Made by a program: the position numbers and the translations under genes. A stretch of DNA of 64,000 bases, taken from positions 26,288,001 to 26,352,000 of the forward strand of contig CAIIXF020000001.1 of the NCBI GenBank assembly GCA_903813345.2. Direction: 5' to 3'. Source of the stretch: Owenia fusiformis (Eukaryota). Under the pieces are notes generated by a model. The model was not told the origin of the DNA. It did no database searches and saw nothing but the letters and a program-made list of their open reading frames with translations. Numbering within the stretch: position 1 is the stretch's first letter; each line of letters begins with the position of its first letter. Positions 1 to 10,300 of the stretch are shown piece by piece.

Positions 1-150
1 GCAGCCCTATATCAAGTTAATAATCATAAAATATATTCACATGTATATATAAACAATACAAAATTATGGTACAATTGTCAAACATTTTATGGATTTGGGT
101 GGTGTATTACTCATATAGTAAACAATTCTTAATATTTTCCTCATAAAATA

Positions 151-980
151 ATACAAGGCATTAACATGACAAAATGTCACCACCTAGTTGCTCACAATAT
201 TATTAGTTCAATCTTAAAGGCCCAGTATACTTAATTAAGGAGAAAATATAAAAAAATAATCATTGAAACATGTTACTCACACACTTGCTCAAATATGACA
301 CAAAGTTTGATTTGCTTTAATATTGAACCAAGAAAAAAATAACTCGCATAGAAAAAGGCATTTGAAATTCGGAGATCATTAGACACGCATGCACATGTTA
401 AATGTGCATGTTTTAAATTACTGTTGATTTAAAAGATGGCGGCACTTCTATAACTTCTTCTGTTGTTGGTGTCAAATGAAAGATAGGGTTCTTATCAATA
501 TATTGGACATACTATGAAATTCAAATGTAAGTCTATTTTGCCCAAAATATGCAAATATTGAAAATATGCAAAGTTGGCCTTTAAGTCAGATTTGAACCTC
601 TGAGAACTTGTAGATAATTTTGAAAAAATGATCAATTTGAAGCAAGTTGAAAAAATACCTTTTGACCTTGAGAAGGTCATTGAAGGTCAAATCTATAGTC
701 AGATTTGAACTTTTGAGAACTTGTAGATGATTTTGAAAAAAAATTCAAAAGGTTAATTTGAAGCAAGTTGAAAAAGACCTTTTTGACCTTTTTTGACCTT
801 GAGAATGTCATTGAAGGTGAAATCCCAAATCTGAAGTCAGATGTGAACTTCTGAGAACTTGAAGATGATTTTGAAAAAACAAATTGGTCAATTTGAAGCA
901 AGTTGAAAAAGAGCTTTTTGACCTTGAGAAGATCATTGAAGGTCAAATCTTAAATATAACGTCAGATTTGAACTTTTTTT
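151..980 (-). mobile_element. Helentron/HINE-like element (same family as 41032-43733), partial, with a few ~135-bp satellite units
   Basis: 151-217 is the reverse complement of the right terminal block at ~43670-43733. 585-980 contains reverse-complement copies of the satellite unit. Confidence 0.8.
218..580. mobile_element. Kolobok-like non-autonomous element inserted at TTAA
   Basis: AGGCC...GGCCT termini flanked by TTAA at 214-217 and 581-584. The paralogous HINE copy near 43668 shows the empty site with one TTAA. Confidence 0.65.
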
Positions 981-1355
981 GTGACGGCGATCGGCAATCA
1001 CCTACCGCCGAACAGGGAACAGTGTCAACATTACATACATTATAACTAAGATCATTGTTGATGTAATCTGACAGTACATTTTTTGTTTAATTTTATAATG
1101 CTACATATATGAAGCTTTAAAAAAGCATTTATCTTTATCCATTCAAAGAAATGAGATAATCTAGTTCTCAACTTGTATTTGATTTGTTACCCATTGTATA
1201 TGTACCCATTGTATGTTCTGATATAAAAATAAAAGAAATTTTCCCAGAAAGTTGAAATCTCATATTGCCATTTCATTTCTAAACGTTATCAGTTACACCA
1301 AAAACATTGGATTATTTTTCTTATAAAACAGCCTCTTAATACTGTTGTTTCTTAC

Positions 1356-4300
1356 CCTTTTCTTCATTGAAGTATTTTCTTTGTACTGTAGCAATGTTAG
1401 TGTTGGTAAACTGATCACTAATCAACTTGAACAATTTTGTCATATTGCCATTCTCACATGCAGTACTAGGCATTACTATCTAGAAACATACATGTATAGT
1501 CTATAAGCATACAATAATATATTCGATACAAAAATTGTCAATTTGTGAAATGGTCATCAATTGAATTGTTTTGGGGTGGGGCAAAAATTGCCAAAGTAGA
1601 AAAGTACTAGAGGGATTCTGAGGCACGGTTGCTTTTTGAACCAGCAAGGTGTCCTGGTTATGTGGGGAAAGTTCCAATGATTTGTACTGATAATGAGTGA
1701 GTTCATCCATTTTCCATTGTTTATCTGGCTATAAGATGCATCTAATGGTTTTGGTAAATGGGTGATTTACTGAAGGGCATTTTGTTTGTGTAACATAAAA
1801 GAATACAATGTGAAAACCAGTACCTCAACAGGTTGGCACATCTGTAGTTTGGTCATCAGTTTTGGGTATGTAGGGCTGTCTGAGAACTGAGACAGGGAGA
1901 GGATTGGCTGCTTCAGATCTATCTGGGCCATTCCCACTTCACCCCTTGCTATGCCTCGCCCCTCCACAAGGGCTGAAAGTACAGAAGACAGGTCATTAGA
2001 TTTGTAATCTACTAAATAAACATTTTTTAATTCAATTCTTAGTTGAATCTGAATGGAAAATATAACATTACATGATCAACTTTAATAATTTACATTATGC
2101 ACTTAACAAATAAATCTGCCATTTTTGACATTTTATAAAATGACATTAATAAACCCTTCCCTTGAAATGCAAGTTCCTGTATTTAGGTGATCATTTTAGA
2201 TGTTCCCAGACTCAGATCAGAAAGACAATAATTTATGATATTTGCAAACACAAATAGATGAACATGCTGAAGAGGCAGAATAAAGGATGAGTCTTGGTTT
2301 GGAGAACGAAGTTCATCAGTCTACTGTAGGTTACGCTTGCTTTGGACAATTTTGATATTTTACATATTGTAGACTTAAATGTCCTCTTTTGAATATCCAT
2401 AATTTAAATTTGGGTGTTATTTCTATATTTCTATAAAAAAAAGTATTAGCGCAGCAGACTGATGAACTTCATTCTCCAAATCGAGACTTGTCTTTTATTG
2501 AATCGGTCTACTGCATGTTACACCTGCTTCGGAAAATTTTGATATTTTTACATACACACATCGATATGCATAAACATCATCTTTGACTTTGTGATCATAT
2601 CTCCCTCTTCAATTTCTAGAATAACTTCAAATTATGATGAACTGACTATTCAGAATTTCGGACAGATTTCTGATCTTATAATTTGAAGTGATTTGGTGAG
2701 AGACCACGCCAAGAGACAAAATGTGATCTCTCAATCTCGTAATAAATTGATAATGTAAATTAATAAATTTTACATTATTTAAATGTCCTCTTTTAAATAT
2801 TCATAATTTAATTTTCTTTAAATAAATTATATATATATTTCTATATTTTACATAAAAAAATGATTAGCACACTAGACTGTTCTCCAAAACAAGACTTGTT
2901 TTTTATATCTCACACATGTTAGCCAAACAAATGTTGGCTATTTTATGGTGTTTATATTGATTATCAATATCATCTAGCTCTTATCAACCAGTATGATCAT
3001 TTCAAGTTTACAATATTGACATTTGACACAACAGTCGAAGGTCTGGCATTTAAATGAAAGGTTAAGTCTGAAATCTGAAAATACTACACACAGGGTGACA
3101 AAAAAGGTAACCCTCTAATTTTGGAATTACTTTCTAGATTTATTACGATGCTGTCTTTTGAAATATCAGTGTTAGTGTTCAATACGTGAAACATCGATAT
3201 GCATAAATATCATCTTTGACTTTGTGATCATATCTCCCTCTTCAATTTCTAGAATAACTTCAAATTATGATGAACTGACTATTCAGAATTTCGGACAGAT
3301 TTCTGATCTTATAATTTGAAGTGATTTGGTGAGAGATCACGCTAAGAGACAAAATGTGATCTCTCAATCTCGTAATAAATTGATAAGGCAAAATTAGTTC
3401 GCAATTTTTCAGATGCGAGTAGGAAGTTACCAGTTTCGCCACCAGGTGGCTGATTCGGGGGAAATAATATGGCAGGGTATTACAAAATTCCCTTAAACTT
3501 GAATATTCATCAGTTTTAATGGTTCACTTTTCACATTACCCTTATGTATGTGATAGTTATACAAATTAAAATATGTCCAGTGAAAGAAAATATTATCTGT
3601 CCAACACAAGAAAAGATATTTCACTTTTTGTGGTTTTACAACATGGGGTCTATGGGGAATCTCCCAGACCTAGAAGTCACATTTTCAAAGAAAATAAAAT
3701 TTTCAAAGTTGATAAACTCTTTTCAGAACCACTTATCTAGGTGTGATTTTACATGTAGATTCCAAATATGATATCAGTTTGACTGAATTTAATGACGAAA
3801 ATCAAGATTATTTCTACTCGCATCACACTGAATTTATTTATGTACACTTGAAAATCTTAATTTCAAAATGAAGATTCCATCATAATTGAAAGTTTATTCC
3901 AAAATTATTGAGTTGCATTTCTGTGTCACCCTGTAATTCACCACAATGATCTATTGCAGTATTTTTTAAAGATTGGTTTCATCAGAAATCAGATAAATGT
4001 ATTTGAAAATGAAAATCTCATACGCAAAGTATGTACTGCCATATGACACTGTGACTCTAATCATAGAATAATATTAAAACTGATGGGATCTGCTCGAAAC
4101 GTCTTGTCAAGAGGGTGTTCAATGCTCAAGAGGTCTAACTTGTACAGAATATACAAATTTACCTGTAAAATATAAACAGAATTAATTTCATAATTAATTT
4201 GAAAAATGAATGCTAAGGGCAGAAAAAAGTGCTATATTCATATTGTTTTCATCTTGCGCTGATGGGTGTGCATCGATCTGTCTGGGTAGACAGACGCTAT

Positions 4301-7300
4301 ATAAATCTTGTTCGAAATGGCTCCCATATCAAGTAAATCGCCAATATTGATTATATAATAAATTAAAACAATGGTTTGTTTAGGTTATATGACAGTTTTT
4401 AATTAACTTTTTTAAAACAAAATGAAATTCAATTAATTATGAAAAGGGCAGGTAAAATCACTGAAATATGTATGTTGAAAAACAAAAGTTTTTCTACAGA
4501 ATTTATTGTTTCATACCAAGGAGTGTATGTTTCAGGATAAGGCAGAAAAAATTGGTAAGTGAATTCAAATATGGGTTATGTTCACTATAGCTGTGACATT
4601 TAGTCAATTTATTTGATATTCTGATTTTAATCTAATGAAACTATAGGTTAAGTTCATTCAGCTCATAGCCATAACATTTCACCCTTGGTATATGAAGTGA
4701 GTAATAATTGACCAGATGGGCTCAACATCATGACTGGTCTGATTCAATGGTTATTTCCTTTTTGCGTCAAAGGTCTATGTGCAGTATAGCAAGTGATTTT
4801 AGATGGTCATATCTTTCACCATGGTTTTTATTAAAACAATATGTTTTCTTACAAGTGAAGTCCCCATGATAGTAAAATATCATTCTAACTCTCTGAAAAA
4901 TTATTGATTAGGACCCCACCTTCGTACTTTTTTAAAAATGTTAGGCTCATTTTCTAAAAAGAGGATCTTACTTTTCTCAAAAATGCGTATTGAATTGTGT
5001 TAAAGTTAAAAAACCACATATCCCGTGTAATTTTCTCATAGAGAAAACTCTTGCTATCCATTGTTTTCAGCATAATTTTGGTCATCGAAAATTGATATCT
5101 TCAAAACTTTTTCAATACCATTCTACTTTTGAAGACATTTTAGACCCCTTGTTGAATAATCTTTTCATGCAATAAAAAACAGAAAAAGATCCTCTTTTGA
5201 GTAAATAGGTTCAACATTTTGAAAAAAATGAAATAAATTCATAAATTTTCAAATTTTTCGATTTATATTTTTATCATCATGGGTACTTTACTTGAAAGAA
5301 AACATATTGTTTTAGTAAAAACCACTGTATTTATGCCAAGAAAGTATTTATGATTAATATATGACCGTCTAAAATCACTTGCCATACTGCACATGGACCT
5401 TTGAAATCTATGATATCTTGGAATTTTTGGAAGAGTTTAGAAAATGATTGCAAAATCTCACCTGCACATAAGTGGCCATTTTGAATTTTCTGACTGACTG
5501 ACAGTGAATGGATGGAGGACTATATCCCTTCCAAACTTCCTTCATTGGGATAAGTTTCTATTATATTAACGAACAAGTGATTTTTTTTCAGCATTTACTA
5601 TTTGGGGGACTGCTCTTGCTACTTATTTATTACCAATTTAATAACCAAATATGGCAGAGACCACCAGCACAACCAAGAATATTCAGTCCATATAGAATGA
5701 TCTACCAAGTGAGAAAATCAGAGATCCCACCAAAGCCTGATGTTATCAAGGTACTAGCATGGTCACCTCTTGCAAACAGACATTTCTCAGATGATACTTT
5801 CAGATCCTGTTCTCAGCCAAACTGCAAATTCCTGGCTGATAGAAGTGTGCTCATGCCTCTGTTGAAATCGAAAGCATTATCTCCTATAGAACGCTACAAA
5901 CTAGATCTTAAGTTACTTCAGAAAGCTGATGTTGTGCTTTTCCATGCCTTATCTGATGAATTCAGAAGAGCTGTAATTCCCCCTATGAGGACCCCTTGGC
6001 AAAAATGGGTGTTCACAACAGCAGAGGCACCACGTCGTGATTTCTTCCAACATGCAGATTATGCAAAATGGAGGCATCTTATGAACCTTACAGTAACCAT
6101 TAAAGCTGATGCAGACAAGCAATTAATATATGGCTATTACAGCGAAACACTTGAAATTGACCCTGGCTATACCTTACCAGACTACTTCAAAAGGACAGGA
6201 TTGGTTGCTTGGGCCGCAAGCCACTGTAAGACAGAGTCATATAGAGAGCAATTTATAGAAAAACTGCAAAACTTTATCCCGGTTGATACATATGGCCGCT
6301 GTGGAAAACATCCATGCCCAGGGAATGACGTAGAGGACTGCTTTTACTATATAGGTCAGGCCCGTAATACACTTTTCTCCAAGGGGGGTGCGGTTTTTGA
6401 TAACGAGAAAATAAAATTGCCATTTTTTCCGCGTAAATCAAATTGCGTAAGTCAGAGGGGGGGGGAGTTTCTCTCTATATTAAGGCAGGTCAGCCTATTT
6501 TGTAGTATTTTATTGTTTTCATATTGTTTTTAGACTAAATATTGTATGAGCAACTTGGAGAAACATTGGAATACGTAGGAGTGTGCTAGAAGGCAATAGA
6601 ATCAATTTAAAGAAATTCAGATTTTTTAAATCATTTACTTCTTAGAGGAGCGAGTGGGCAGCACAGGAAAATTTTACTAATTCAAGATGCTGTCTGGTTA
6701 ATTCTGAGCACTTTTAATGTGTTTGAGTAAATGAATGCTTTAGTTTTTGGGATGCGGTGTCAGAATTATTTATGATTTCATTATGTCACTTGGTGATTTC
6801 TGGGCACTTTTAAAGGGTTTAAAATAAACAAATGCAACTTCCAAACATTCCCAATTGATTTGTGGAGGGTGTGAGGAGTGCCCCCCCCCCCCCTAGAAAA
6901 TTTTACACTTTTAAGATGCCATTTGGTGCTTTCTGGGCACTTTCAAAGTGTATGAGTCAATAAAAAATGTGTTTCAATTTTTTTTTTGGGGGGGTGTCAA
7001 ACGTCAAAGAGGATAAAAGGTTGAGGTGGGGTGGGGATAACAGAGGGGGAGCAAGGGGTTTTCCCTCAGAAACAATGACCATTTTAAGGTGCTATTTGAT
7101 GATGTCTGGGCACTTTAAAAGTGTCTGAGATAATACATGAAATTCAAATATTTTCAATTGTTTTGTGGGGGATGTGATGGGTGACCATCTCTCCTAGAAA
7201 ATTTTACAATTTTAAGATGATATTTGTTACTTTCTAGGCACTTTTAGAGTGTACGAGTCAATAAAAGAAATGAACAACAATCACAATTCTTTTTCAAATT

Positions 7301-10300
7301 TTGGGGTGTCAAAGGGGGGGGGGGTGCCAAAGGGGGAGGTAGGGTTGGGGACTGGGGTGAAAGAGGGAGGAGCAAGTGTTTGTCCCCCATATTTGTCCCT
7401 CAGAAACATTGACCATATAAAGGTGCTATTTGATGAAGTCTGGGCACCTAAAATGTTTTTGAGACAATACATGAAATAAAATCAGAATTTTTGTCAATTG
7501 TTTCGTGGGGGATGTGAGGGGTGGCCTACTTCCTTAGAAAATTTTGCAATTTTAAGATGCTATTTGGTGCTCTCTGGGCTCTCGGGGGGTGGGGTGCCCG
7601 AGGGGGAGCTGGCGTGATGATGCCAGAAAGGGAGCAAGTGTTAGTCCCCCAGAAACATTGACTATATCAAAGAGCTATTTGATGATGTCAGGGCACTTAA
7701 AAAGTGTCTGAGACAATACATAAAATGAATTCAGAACTTTTCAATTGTTTTGTGGGGGGGTGAGGGGTGGTCCACTCCCCCTAGAAAACTTTACAATTTG
7801 AAGATGCTAGTTGGTGCTATCTAGGCACTTCCAAAGTGTATGAGTCAATAAAAAAAGATTAGAAAAAAAATCATAATTTTTTTTCAATTTTTTGGGGGGT
7901 GTCCAAGGGGGGTGGGTGCCCGAGGGGGAGGTGGGGTGAGGATGCCAGAGGGGGAGCAAGTGTTAGTCCTCCAGAAACATTTACTATATCAAGGAGCTAT
8001 TTGATGATTGATGGCAGGGCACTTAAAATATGTCTGAGACAATACATAAAATAAATTCAGAACTTTTCAATTGTTTTGTGGGGGGTGTGAGGGGTCGCCC
8101 AAAATTTTTTTGGGGGTGTCAGAGGGGGGTGCATGTATTTTGTTTGATTTGTGATTAGTGATTTGTTTTTCATGATTCCTATCCTTAACATCATGCCACA
8201 TACATATATTTCGATATCCCTAACTGAAATTGATGATGCTTCTTGAACCAAAATAATACAATTAAATTATGTTTACTTCCAGGAAGTCGGTATAAATTTT
8301 ACCTGGCCTTAGAAAACAGCGACTGCCCTGATTATATCACTGAGAAATCCTGGAGGAACTCTCTAACACATAACCTTGTACCGATAGTACGTGGGAAACT
8401 GAACAATTACAGAAAATACTTGCCCCCTGGATCATACATACACACTGATAATTTTGAATCTATAGAACAACTAGCCAGGCATTTATTGAATGTGTCTCAA
8501 AATAGAACACTCTACGAGTCATATTTTACTTGGAAATTTAAGTATGAGGTCCATAACAGAGATACTTTTATGGACTTGTGTAGTATATGTGAGGTGGTGC
8601 ATGATACATGGGACATAAAGCAATCCTGGGATCTAGATAACTGGTGGTCTCCAGACCAATGTTTGCATAATCAAACAGACTATCTGGCTTAAGATAGTTC
8701 CAGACTTTCAGAAAAAAACCGGAAAAAATGTGACATATCAGTTTAGCATGATTTTAACTAATATATATTCATATACAATTTGACAATGTTAACCATTTCA
8801 TTTCTCGCTGGTTATCATAACCAAATGGAAACAGTAAATGGAGATTCATATTTTTCATTTGGCTGAATTTTTTTATGTTTTCCTTTTTCAAATGCATGAG
8901 TACTCTACACCTTTTGTTTCAATAACTGATATACATCTTCATCTATATGGAGTTAACAAGACACATTACTTTCAAAAAATTGAATACATATAATACTCAC
9001 CAACAATTACAGCTGAATTTGTCTCCCTCCCAGTACCAGGTGTTGTGCTGGAAGTAGTATGAGGTGTTCTTCTCGACCCTGGAGTACGGCTATTTATAGA
9101 GCTCGGCCCACCCTGTCTAGGGGTCTTGGAGCTCAAAGAGCCTGGTGTTCTAGACCTTGAGGTACCAGGTGCAGGAAAAGTGCTGGTTGATGAGCTGCTG
9201 CTTCCAGGCATAGTGGAGCTGAAACAAGTTTATGACTAGTTCAATAAAATATGTTTTCAATACCACTAGGACTAAATAAACCTTATACAGACAGATTTTC
9301 AAAATGAAACCATGTGAATTGGGTTGAAAGATTTTAATCAAAAATCTATCCCATTGCACTGACAGACAGACAAATAAAATAATATGATGCAATATTTGTA
9401 ACCTTCTAACCCTTCTATTACAGAGCTGTCAAGTGTCCCGCGAATGGCGGGATTATCCCGCGAATTTGATCAAAATTAGGTTAATTCGCGTGTCCCGCAA
9501 TGTCCCACGAAGTCCCGCAAATGTGGCTTTGACCTCCGCGAATTTCCGAAATTGTTGCAATCCCCTATATTGTGATTATCTTATCTTTTATAAGAAGCTA
9601 AGTTTTTGCACTTTTGAGGAGTAAAGTTTACCTAATTTTATGTACCTAGCATGCTGTTTGGTATCAAAATAAAGGGGAAAGGTTCAACTTTCATTTTAAT
9701 TACGAAAATAGGGATGTAGGTCACAAATAGTTCCAACGTTGGCCTTTTTACTACCCGTGTGGCCTTCATCTCAGAACTGAGCAAATATTAGCAAACGCGA
9801 GTTACAATAAATGGACGCTGATATCTAGAAAGGGTTTGTAGAAAAACACGTGCTCCATGCTGGGTTCAAACTTGGTACCCAGTACCTGGTCAAAAAAACG
9901 GGAACCCAAAAAACGAAAAATACGAATATATACAGTAACATAATAGATAATGAGAAAACGTGTAAGATTTGTTTTGAATTTACAAAAATGTATGTAACAT
10001 CCTTCAAAATTGAGCTAGAAGCTTCAAATGAAAAGCATATTTTAAGGCTCTTTTCTTCCTCTATCGCAGGCCTGTCAACTGTCCCGCAATTTGCGTATTT
10101 GTCACGCATTTGCTGAAGAATTTGAAGTCACGCCAGTTATTTTTGCGTGACAGAAAATGTCACGCAAATACGCATTTTACCTGTTAATTGTCAAGCAAAG
10201 ATATTTCTGTGGAAAAATTTCTAAAAAAAGATCGTCTACACAGCAAAAATACGAACGGCGGAAAAAAACGTACGCATTTCGTCCGGACTTTTCACGCGAA

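Noticed and set aside
4082..4170. [11 protein letters not shown]... as the FucT start exon
   Set aside because: Phase-2 donors are available only with weak sequences (GTCTAA, GTGTTC), so it cannot be supported.
5508..6533. 341-aa ORF as a complete single-exon protein
   Set aside because: Its first ~28 codons overlap a HINE fragment and a polypyrimidine/AG acceptor, and the part after 6354 is intron read-through. The GT10 motif is in the 8283-8692 exon.
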